A stretch of 64,000 bases of DNA, taken from positions 28,646,001 through 28,710,000 of the forward strand of contig CM119372.1 of the NCBI GenBank assembly GCA_051294905.1, read 5' to 3'. The notes under the pieces were generated by a model. It had not been told where the DNA came from, searched no databases, and saw only the letters and a program-made list of their open reading frames with translations. The DNA comes from Botryllus schlosseri (taxonomy: Eukaryota). Below are positions 12,101 to 23,934 of this stretch, piece after piece. How positions within the stretch are numbered: the stretch's first letter is position 1; each line of letters begins with the position of its first letter. The position numbers were made by a program, and so were the translations under genes.

Positions 12101-15100
12101 AGTGAGCGGTTATGCCTGCAAACCTGGTCAGTGGTCACGTATAGCGATCATTGCGCAAAGCGATCCGCTCTACCGAAACGCACTGCACGTTTTGTTCCGC
12201 TTAGAGATGAATATTACGTATTATGAACTAGAAATATGATAAGTGACTTTGGCCCCCAGGCGAGTAAAATACAGCTGAGAAGAGTGTATTGATATTATGG
12301 TTCAATTTAACACGTTTAGCAATTAATGTAGATCTAGCGCTATTTTGTAGCGCTTTTTTCTCAATATTTAGCAACATCTAGCGATTTTTGACACCAGTTT
12401 TAGCGATTTTCTTCCATCCGGAGTTGGCAACACTGAATCAGTTGTGTTCGCGTGTACCGTAACGTATCCTCAACACTTGTTATGCCAACACCAATATCAT
12501 ACTAAGGATATATTGCTTCGGCAGCCACGCACTGTCGTTCGAATTCGACTAATTTCGCTGCTGACAATCAGTTGTGCTCACGCGTGCCGTAAAATATCCT
12601 CAACAAATGTTATGTCATATTTGCAGCATCATACTATGGACGTATTGACTCGGCGGAGTGTTACCGTGAGAGAAATGCTGTTTGAGCCCCTCGTCCTAGC
12701 CTTGGATTTACCGTTTCGAAAAATTCCACCAGAAGAAGCTGTGATCGAGTGTCACAATCAATGTCAGCCACGCTCCATCAACCTGTTGTTTTGACAAAAC
12801 CAGTACGTATACGCCGGAGATGAGCATTGATTAGGATTTAGAAAAAACGTATTTGTGAAATTTTTCTGGATTAGGTTGAATTGAGTTTTGAGATTGATTT
12901 ACCATATCGTACGGGCAACTACTACCGAGACCCGTCGTGACGAAATCGGATTAATCAGTCATGGAACGACAAGTTAGGGCTAACCGCTGATATTCCTAGT
13001 TTATTCTTGAAAGCTCTATAGATTACTGGTTAGCTGTATGTTGTGGGCGATTGACAACAGTTAGTTGTCGCTGTTATACAATTTACACTTTGTGTTATAC
13101 ATTCCTTGTTACCACCGCGAACTAGGAGGTCAATCACGACGACGGGCAACTACTCCCAATTGGCGGAATACTGTTTGATTCATCTGTATAATCAGGTTTA
13201 GCACCACAAGAAGAATATAAGTAGTTTATGATTGAATGAAATCTATCAATCAAACAACGATAATAACTATATAGATCTCGTTCGTATTACTATGAGAGCT
13301 AATCGATCACGTCCACACAATATTATTACGTAGCATTCATTTGGTGGGGATGTTGTTGTTAGTATTGTAACATGGTGATCGGCTACTATGACCTTTACAC
13401 CAGTTCTAAAAGGGTAAGGAATTGGTTAGTGTTACAGCTGTCTGACGGTGGGGTATTCGACAAAATTGATATGTTTTACTACGGAAGCTATGATCACACG
13501 GACGGGCTCTCATCACTTATCGTACGAATGCTTGTAATCTCGATGTAGTGTGATGCACACGAATCAGCTGTGATCAGTCGAGTGTGACACGATCGAAGTC
13601 ACTATTTACTGTTTGAAATAACTCGTATATTCCGTTCAAGAAATGTCCCTCATTTGTCCAAATATCCTCCTTTTTGTCAAATTGTCTTCCTTTTTTCATC
13701 TTAAAATATCTAAAAAGACTACGAATGGCACTAAATGATGACCTAGTTTACGAGAGATGGGTATTTCGGGAGTCAAGTCAGGGGACAAAATGAGCTTTTT
13801 TAGTCAACACCATGAAATTTGATGTATAAACATACAAATCATTCGTCCGCTATAGTAACTTTTTGCAGCTCGTGGAAAGTGTCCTCCTTTCGGGGCTTAT
13901 GGTAACCCTATATTTTACCAGCTTTTAGTCTCGGACTTGAACATCGAAGTTTGCACATAATTTCACATTACATTCCCTATGACAAGCATAGGCTATTACG
14001 GTTATGGGACCTGTGCTCTCAAACATGTATTGATGAATAGCGAAAGCGACCACAAGCTTTCATTACATGAAAAAAAACGAGCTCACTAGCCCGTCCATGT
14101 TGGCATGTACACACCAATGGCCATGTCCATGATCTGAAGTTTGCACATAATTTCACATTGCATTCCCATGACTTAGCACAGACTATTACGTGGGTATGGA
14201 GGCTGTGCTTTTCAAACATGTATCGAGGAATACCGAAAGCGACTCAAGCTACCATTACACGAAAAATCGAGCACACTCGTTCCTCCCTCTCGGGGTATAC
14301 CCACCTTCGTTTCGTACAGACAAATGTTTCCATGTTGCAGCGACAATAGCGGGGAGGGTGGTAGATCATTATCACAATCAGTACCTTGGGATGAGTGTGA
14401 AATCGACATCGTCCGTTAAGCGACTGAAGCTAGTCGCCACTACAATCACTCTCTGCGTAGTGCGTAAACGCGACGTACAAAGCGCTGCTGGGTATACGAA
14501 ACTACGGATTCTAGCCAAAGCGAGGTTATCGAGATAGCTGTAGCGATTCACAGCACATGCTAAATCTCCTTGAAATGGGAGTACAAAATGTATCGCTTTG
14601 AAATACTCAAGTAGAAGTAGTTGTTAAAGAGTAATTCGCACCGTAAAATTGCAACTGTTTTGGAGTGCTAATGTCACACAATTGCTATATTGATCACTCG
14701 CTTATGTGTAGAAAGCAGAAATTGACCCCTGGGTTGTACGATCTCGTGGCCTTGACAAACGTTCTATAGTTCAAAAGTCACTGTCATGTTGGGCTTTGAT
14801 TGCTGTTGTACTCTTGTTAGCGTCGATATTCATTGGTACGTGTTTTCATGGTCTAAAATGTTGGTTATTATAGAGTGTTTTCGTAAAAGGTTGGGAGCCA
14901 CTGATTTAGGCCTTGATGGGTTCAACCAAATACACGTGTAACACATCCTATTCCTGGGCCGTAACCGATCCTTTACCACACCTTCTATACGATAAACGTC
15001 CTTTTTATCCAGAGGTAAGCCGACGACATACGGGAAATGCAGGCGCTGACGTGCTATTTTGTTATTCTCTCCGCGTAACATGAAAGAAGGTATTGAGGTA

Positions 15101-15344
15101 CCCTCCCAAGGTCACTGCGAGCGTAAGTTAAGTCAATCTCTGTGTATGTAGTGTTAATGTCGCACCGTCGCAATAATGATCACTTATGTGTAGAAAGCAG
15201 AAATTTACGACTCGATTACTTGTACGAGCTTGTAGCTTTGGTAAGCTTGCTGAAGCGGAAAGCCACTCAAGTTGGACATTAAATTGATTGGTGTTCGTTC
15301 TCTTGTTAATAGTCGTTGGTACGTGCTTTCGTGCTTTAAAATTT
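9129..15344 (+). repeat. Inner element left inverted arm (~6.2 kb)
   Basis: Near-perfect reverse complement of 17020-23241; only two substitutions (near 14472 and 14584) and a 6-bp indel near 15308 noticed by eye. Confidence 0.95.
11272..12435. mobile_element. Non-autonomous hAT-type element inside inner left arm
   Basis: TIR CAGTGTTGCCAA / TTGGCAACACTG, 8-bp TSD AATCAGTT (11264-11271, 12436-12443), subterminal TTTAGCGA repeats. Confidence 0.9.
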
Positions 15345-17019
15345 TCAACGAATTTTAAAGATAAATAAAGAAACAGCTGATTCACACTTTTGCAAGCAAT
15401 ACTTCCGGGTATCCCGCTGTGCGGTAATGAAAAGAGGAGATTTAGGTCATAGCGAAATAGAATAAACTTCAAAAAATGGGGTTGATAAATTTTGTAAAGT
15501 ACCATAAGACATACTCAACATCAACTAATGAATTAGATATGATGTCTTGATGTCATGTGACTATAAAATCGGTTACACATTGTAACACATCGGTATCAGA
15601 CAATAACTTACACAAGCTTAAATGTGTGTTAATTTGCTTTGTAATGTGAGTTAGTGGGCATGGGGATGATTATTTCATCAATTGAATCGATTGCGATTAC
15701 GATTACTGCTGAATCATCCGACTATAATTACGGTTACAGAAAAATCCCACAAGTAGTCGAAACGTAATCACCAAGGTGCTAATTTGTTATCTCTCCTCCG
15801 TCATATGTCACCGGGTATAGGCATTGATACAATGCAGTATTGAATGCGATCCTAATAAGAATTGATACTATGCAGTGTTGACCGTGATACGTGAGGACCC
15901 CTGCTGTATGCTAATATGTCTTTTTACAAAAGTTATCACTCGTAACCCCCCACAGTGTGCGAGTTATCAACAAATCGCAGACACACTACTTCGCATAGGG
16001 GAGAATAATAACCCTCCACTCTGCTTAGTTTCAAATGGCAAAGCAATTATTGACGTTTCTTGTGTGTTAAACACATTTGGAACGCTGCTCCTTGGCCAGT
16101 AGTACGAACAGCGGACATCTATTTGAAGTTTTACACTCATCAAATAATAGATGACAAATTTCCACATCAAAGCAATAAAATCATCGGGTACCAAAATAAA
16201 TCATAACCGAGCCTGGTGGTAACGACAGCTCGCGGACTTGTATGAATTATCCAACTAATTGGTTGACGGTCAGCCATCTGCGGTTTTATGTAGTTATAGT
16301 TGCGGAGTTAAAAAAGTCAGTTGCTCGAGTTCTAGTTGCGCATTCTAGAACTGATTTCGCTGTGAAACTCGAACTGTAGAATAAAACATGTGTCGCGGTT
16401 TGACGTAAATCATGATACCGATGTTCTGTTATGTGATGTGCTTGCGGCCGTTGTTAGCTCACAGTCAGCGATACTAACAGTGGCTTAGGAAGGGTTTCAA
16501 CCACTTCAAATTCAAAGACCTATCCTTTCAAAATACCGATTCTATGTCTAATACTTCTTAGCTCATTTCCAAATCATCATTAATTCGTATTATCGGAAAT
16601 CATAGTCAGTTGTACAGCCTAGTTTATATTGCTACTTCATTTATGTACCCTCTTCATTACTACACACTAGGTGGCGGAAACGAGTAAAAATATTTATTTA
16701 AACGTATAGCACGCAGTGGGGGTACTTGTCGATCGCGTTGAACACTGTATTGTCGGGTACCACAGCCCAATGTCTACCTACCCTGTCATGTGACGTCGAA
16801 ATAATAACGAAATGGCACGTTAGTACTGCGTCTTCACAGATCATCGTGCTACGTATGAGTAAAAGCTACGTTTACGATATAGAAGGTGTGGTAAAAGATC
16901 GGTTTCGGCCCGGGGTAGGATGTGTTACACTGTTACACGCGTATTTTGTTGAACACATCAAGGTCTAAATAAGTTGTTCCTGCCTATTTATGACCATCCT
17001 TCGATGATAACAATAACAT

Positions 17020-20000
17020 AAATTTTAAAGCACGAAAGCACGTACCAACGACTATCAACGCTAACAAGAGAACGAACACCAATCAATTTAATGTCCAACT
17101 TGAGTGGCTTTCCGCTTCAGCAAGCTTACCAAAGCTACAAGCTCGTACAAGTAATCGAGTCGTAAATTTCTGCTTTCTACACATAAGTGATCATTATTGC
17201 GACGGTGCGACATTAACACTACATACACAGAGATTGACTTAACTTACGCTCGCAGTGACCTTGGGAGGGTACCTCAATACCTTCTTTCATGTTACGCGGA
17301 GAGAATAACAAAATAGCACGTCAGCGCCTGCATTTCCCGTATGTCGTCGGCTTACCTCTGGATAAAAAGGACGTTTATCGTATAGAAGGTGTGGTAAAGG
17401 ATCGGTTACGGCCCAGGAATAGGATGTGTTACACGTGTATTTGGTTGAACCCATCAAGGCCTAAATCAGTGGCTCCCAACCTTTTACGAAAACACTCTAT
17501 AATAACCAACATTTTAGACCATGAAAACACGTACCAATGAATATCGACGCTAACAAGAGTACAACAGCAATCAAAGCCCAACATGACAGTGACTTTTGAA
17601 CTATAGAACGTTTGTCAAGGCCACGAGATCGTACAACCCAGGGGTCAATTTCTGCTTTCTACACATAAGCGAGTGATCAATATAGCAATTGTGTGACATT
17701 AGCACTCCAAAACAGTTGCAATTTTACGGTGCGAATTACTCTTTAACAACTACTTCTACTTGAGTATTTCAAAGCGATACATTTTTTACTCCCATTTCAA
17801 GGAGATTTAGCATGTGCTGTGAATCGCTACAGCTATCTCGATAACCTCGCTTTGGCTAGAATCCGTAGTTTCGTATACCCAGCAGCGCTTTGTACGTTGC
17901 GTTTACGCACTACGCAGAGAGTGATTGTAGTGGCGACTAGCTTCAGTCGCTTAACGGACGATGTCGATTTCACACTCATCCCAAGGTACTGATTGTGATA
18001 ATGATCTACCACCCTCCCCGCTATTGTCGCTGCAACATGGAAACATTTGTCTGTACGAAACGAAGGTGGGTATACCCCGAGAGGGAGGAACGAGTGTGCT
18101 CGATTTTTCGTGTAATGGTAGCTTGAGTCGCTTTCGGTATTCCTCGATACATGTTTGAAAAGCACAGCCTCCATACCCACGTAATAGTCTGTGCTAAGTC
18201 ATGGGAATGCAATGTGAAATTATGTGCAAACTTCAGATCATGGACATGGCCATTGGTGTGTACATGCCAACATGGACGGGCTAGTGAGCTCGTTTTTTTT
18301 CATGTAATGAAAGCTTGTGGTCGCTTTCGCTATTCATCAATACATGTTTGAGAGCACAGGTCCCATAACCGTAATAGCCTATGCTTGTCATAGGGAATGT
18401 AATGTGAAATTATGTGCAAACTTCGATGTTCAAGTCCGAGACTAAAAGCTGGTAAAATATAGGGTTACCATAAGCCCCGAAAGGAGGACACTTTCCACGA
18501 GCTGCAAAAAGTTACTATAGCGGACGAATGATTTGTATGTTTATACATCAAATTTCATGGTGTTGACTAAAAAAGCTCATTTTGTCCCCTGACTTGACTC
18601 CCGAAATACCCATCTCTCGTAAACTAGGTCATCATTTAGTGCCATTCGTAGTCTTTTTAGATATTTTAAGATGAAAAAAGGAAGACAATTTGACAAAAAG
18701 GAGGATATTTGGACAAATGAGGGACATTTCTTGAACGGAATATACGAGTTATTTCAAACAGTAAATAGTGACTTCGATCGTGTCACACTCGACTGATCAC
18801 AGCTGATTCGTGTGCATCACACTACATCGAGATTACAAGCATTCGTACGATAAGTGATGAGAGCCCGTCCGTGTGATCATAGCTTCCGTAGTAAAACATA
18901 TCAATTTTGTCGAATACCCCACCGTCAGACAGCTGTAACACTAACCAATTCCTTACCCTTTTAGAACTGGTGTAAAGGTCATAGTAGCCGATCACCATGT
19001 TACAATACTAACAACAACATCCCCACCAAATGAATGCTACGTAATAATATTGTGTGGACGTGATCGATTAGCTCTCATAGTAATACGAACGAGATCTATA
19101 TAGTTATTATCGTTGTTTGATTGATAGATTTCATTCAATCATAAACTACTTATATTCTTCTTGTGGTGCTAAACCTGATTATACAGATGAATCAAACAGT
19201 ATTCCGCCAATTGGGAGTAGTTGCCCGTCGTCGTGATTGACCTCCTAGTTCGCGGTGGTAACAAGGAATGTATAACACAAAGTGTAAATTGTATAACAGC
19301 GACAACTAACTGTTGTCAATCGCCCACAACATACAGCTAACCAGTAATCTATAGAGCTTTCAAGAATAAACTAGGAATATCAGCGGTTAGCCCTAACTTG
19401 TCGTTCCATGACTGATTAATCCGATTTCGTCACGACGGGTCTCGGTAGTAGTTGCCCGTACGATATGGTAAATCAATCTCAAAACTCAATTCAACCTAAT
19501 CCAGAAAAATTTCACAAATACGTTTTTTCTAAATCCTAATCAATGCTCATCTCCGGCGTATACGTACTGGTTTTGTCAAAACAACAGGTTGATGGAGCGT
19601 GGCTGACATTGATTGTGACACTCGATCACAGCTTCTTCTGGTGGAATTTTTCGAAACGGTAAATCCAAGGCTAGGACGAGGGGCTCAAACAGCATTTCTC
19701 TCACGGTAACACTCCGCCGAGTCAATACGTCCATAGTATGATGCTGCAAATATGACATAACATTTGTTGAGGATATTTTACGGCACGCGTGAGCACAACT
19801 GATTGTCAGCAGCGAAATTAGTCGAATTCGAACGACAGTGCGTGGCTGCCGAAGCAATATATCCTTAGTATGATATTGGTGTTGGCATAACAAGTGTTGA
19901 GGATACGTTACGGTACACGCGAACACAACTGATTCAGTGTTGCCAACTCCGGATGGAAGAAAATCGCTAAAACTGGTGTCAAAAATCGCTAGATGTTGCT

Positions 20001-23000
20001 AAATATTGAGAAAAAAGCGCTACAAAATAGCGCTAGATCTACATTAATTGCTAAACGTGTTAAATTGAACCATAATATCAATACACTCTTCTCAGCTGTA
20101 TTTTACTCGCCTGGGGGCCAAAGTCACTTATCATATTTCTAGTTCATAATACGTAATATTCATCTCTAAGCGGAACAAAACGTGCAGTGCGTTTCGGTAG
20201 AGCGGATCGCTTTGCGCAATGATCGCTATACGTGACCACTGACCAGGTTTGCAGGCATAACCGCTCACTCTATAAGCGTGCCTTGCTCCATGCGTCCGTG
20301 AATAGTGATGCGATGTACCGTGGAAATGCGCTTGACTTCTCGAAACTGAGTTGGAGTACTTGAACACGACATGCGACTTGACACACTTGTACGCAACATG
20401 CGACTTGACCCGATACAACACGACTTGAACCGGGTTTGCCAGCCACTAAAAGTAGAGGACCAACCCGGAGTAAGAAATTTAATGAATCTGGTCCTAAACG
20501 CCAGTGTCACACTGATTCCGACAATACGAATTAAATTCTTGTAAAGACAATGCAACGACTTCAAAGTAGCCCCAAGAGTCTGAAAATCGACATTGATCAG
20601 AACAATCGCTGGACGAAATTGGTCATTGTTATGTCCATTGTGTTGCGGCGGTGCCATTATTGAAGCAATGCTGGTTTTCAGACTCCGAGGGCTGTTTCGG
20701 GGTGCATGGTTCCATTGTCCTGACGAGATTTCATTTTGTATCTTCGAAATCACTGCGACACTAGCTTTCGATCAAGGCCAATCATATTAAATTGCAGCGC
20801 TCAGGTCGCCAGATGTAGCACTGTCAATTATGCTACTTTTAGATTACACAGCAAGAAGAGACACTGTTTGCCCATGCGTAACCGCCAGGAGTTGCGTATC
20901 TATCCGTACGTTAGTAATCCATCATTAATTTCATTACATATCATTGGAGTCCGCACTCTGGTGGCAGATGAGTCGCCATAGTCGTCGGCCAGAACCGATC
21001 TTTATTAGTTATTTTCGGTAAAAAGCGCTAAATAATCGCTAAATACCTTTTCAAAAATCGCTAGATCTAGCGCGAAAATCGCTAAATTGGCAACACTGAA
21101 CTGATTGTCTATAGCGAAATCAGTCGCTCTCGAACGGCAAGTGCGTGGTGAGCTCGTGATCGATATGTGTATGTTACAGACGGGCAAAGCATTAGTTCGC
21201 CAACAGATCGATTCAAGTGGTACAATATACATCAGGGGTGGGCAAAGTTTTGAGCTCGCGGGCCGCATTCAACATTTGAATCCATTCGCGGGCCGCACTA
21301 TATAGAATTGGGATTCTAAGCCAAACGCGATACAAACAGAAGTCCGTCAATGAGTCGATACAAAGTCTCGCTGTACGCAAATTAATGTACAACGACACTC
21401 CCCTTACAGCAGAACTATTTTGTCTGGACGGGGGTGGTCACGATTCGTTTCCGGACCCGGCGCAGATTTCATCAGTTTTGGTTAAACCCGGACTGGATGC
21501 GGCCAAGTGTCTTTGAGAGTTGGATTTATGTTACATTTTACCAGCCTAATACATGGAAATACCAGGACTTTACGGGCCAGTCGGATTTTTTGGACTTTGA
21601 TTTTGCAATCCTATAGTCGCAGTGGATTCCGATTTCGAAATCTCCCACTCTACTTTACGCCTCACATCAGGCTATAGATCGTATCAGGTATGATCTGTCA
21701 CAATTCATTCCCATTATTGCACCACCGAGCGCGTTTCAGCCAAATAAGGTCTGTCCACCCCGAAGAAGCGAGCTACCCCGATTCGTCACTGGACAATTGA
21801 ATCTGACATCGTACTCGCAGTTACCGAGCGGGAAAGCGAGGCTCGAAGGTGTGGCGCAGCAATTCTCTGACGGTAATACTTCGCCGGTTCAATATATCCG
21901 TAGTATGATGCTGCAAATATGCTCGGCGGTGTTGGCATAACATGTGTTGATGAGGATATGTTACGACACACACGAGCACAACTGATTGTCTACAGCGAAA
22001 TTAGTCGAATTCGAACGACAGTGCGTGGCTGCCGAAGCAATAGTTCCTTAGCATGATATTGTAAATATGCTTGGAGGTGTTGGCATAACAAGTGTTGAGG
22101 ATATATTACGGTACACGCGAACACAACTGATTGCCTATAGCGAAATGAGTCGCCCTCGAACGACAAGTGCGTGGTGAGCTCGTGATCGATCGTACATACC
22201 GGTAAAGTATTAGTTCGACAACTGATCGATTGAAGTTGTACATCATGTACAGCATACAAAAATAATATACCGCGGGAAATTACACATCATTTACAGACAC
22301 CGGCATGATTACGCTTGACCAGACGTGAAGCAGTAAAAGAACCCATCACATTGTTTGGTTGGGACTGTCTGTTCTAATACGCTAGAAAGCGGTAAAGGTG
22401 TGGAACAGCAGTTTTTGCTTGCACCAATTACTACAATATCGGAAATTAACACGTTGATGCGAGTCAAATTGAGAATGAGCTATTTCTTTAATTACTTATT
22501 ATATTCTAAATGGTACTTTATTCAAGTTAATCTATGTCGGGGGCGCCTAATACCTATTTCTAATACACGACATTCTGGTTCTCGATATGACTCAAAATGA
22601 CACACATATTTATATCCAGAACAGATCAATTCTCCTTACTATTTAAGTCGACAACAAAGCAAGAGCAAGTACGACAGTATGGAACAGACTACATGCGTCA
22701 CTATGCACAGCCGAACGTATAGACACCTAAAACACGCACCAGGATCTCACCGACCAGGAGAAAACTTTATTGACGTCACGACCGGCAATTATTCCTATGC
22801 CCCCACGAAATCGAGTCAATCGCGAAACGACAAGTCAACCAGGGTGGTTTGATAGGCAATTATTCCCAAAGCCCCGTCACGAAATTGGACCACAAAACGA
22901 TAGGCCAGGGCGATTTGTCGGGAGGCAACTATTACCAAGCCCAGGTCTCGTGTCCAGAGGTCAAGCGAGGTAAATCTGGAGGCGAGTGGAAAAGTACAAG

Positions 23001-23241
23001 TAGAAGTACTCAAGTCTCATGTCTAACCAAAGTTCCAAAGGTCAATCGAGATTCTTTGTTCGTTTTCTCTCTAGCGTCAATCCCCCTTTTTTAATTGCCG
23101 CACAGTCAGAAGGGAATTCCCCTTGAGTATTGCTGCAAAACTGAGAATGAGGTAATTCTTTAATTAATTATTATATTGATAATCTTTGTTTGTTTATTAT
23201 AAATCGCGAATGGGCGTCGATCGCCCAAACTATATACTACT
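17020..23241 (-). repeat. Inner element right inverted arm (~6.2 kb)
   Basis: Mirror of 9129-15344 (e.g. 14830..15081- vs 17289..17540+ give identical translations). Confidence 0.95.
19935..21098. mobile_element. Mirror copy of the 11272-12435 hAT-type element in inner right arm
   Basis: Same element at the same site with TSD AACTGATT; ORF translations identical to the left copy. Confidence 0.9.
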
Positions 23242-23934
23242 CTCGACAGCAAAGGAATTGGTCTCCACCCTTAATTATTAACTCCAGATTCCAAGCCAAG
23301 CAAGTGTAATTTTTGAAAATCAATTTTTTTTGTTTGTTCTAAATTGATTTTATAATGTTTTTGTTGGGTTTTCCAACGTCAATGGGAGCCGCAAGTAGGC
23401 TAGCTCGTAGCTGCTTGTGGCTCTCAGAGCCGCGGTTGGGAATCACTGATCTAGAGAGGATTTTCAAACTAATTAGATCTCTCAAAAATACTCTATAACT
23501 TATGTTGGTTTACGAAATACTTTTTGAGCCCCCTTCGAGCTCGCTCCCCACCATATTGGGAAATTTGGGGTGCGGTAATTAGGCCCCTGGCAAGAATGCA
23601 AATCATTGAGTGCGATAAATTGACCCCTAAAAAATAGGCAATGGGTACATTATGACGTAACAAGCAAATGACGCATCTCTTTTACAGGGAGTTTGTTATC
23701 TCATTAGGCCTCTTCAGCGCAATCCATATATTGTCTTCCAACATAGCTTCGAAGATGCAAAATAAATGTAATCGTGAGTAATCGTGATTACTTTTCCAAT
23801 GTAATCGTAATCGTAATCGACTACTTCCTGATGTTGCTGTAATCGTAATCGTAATCGTAATCGCGTCATTCATAAGTAATCGTAATCGCAATCGATTACA
23901 ATCATAAACTAATCACCCCATGTCTGGTATCGAC

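Larger units (their letters stand above)
9129..23241. mobile_element. Giant non-autonomous Polinton/Maverick-like foldback element (inner), 14,113 bp
   Basis: Begins AGTAGTATATAG, ends CTATATACTACT; 6-bp TSD CTCGAC (9123-9128, 23242-23247). Mirror ORF coordinate sum 32370. Terminal ~1.9 kb is homologous to the outer element's terminus. Confidence 0.85.
7255..23926. mobile_element. Non-autonomous hAT-type DNA transposon (~2.55 kb without the nested element)
   Basis: TIRs CAGACATGGGGTAAT / ATCACCCCATGTCTG, 8-bp TSD GTATCGAC (7247-7254, 23927-23934), subterminal GTAATC/GATTAC arrays at both ends; absent from the mirror arm. Confidence 0.9.

Noticed and set aside
11617..12105. 162-aa ORF and its mirror 20265..20753 as real genes
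   Set aside because: Non-ATG start, no recognisable domain, lies inside a non-autonomous hAT element; identity of the two copies only reflects arm duplication.
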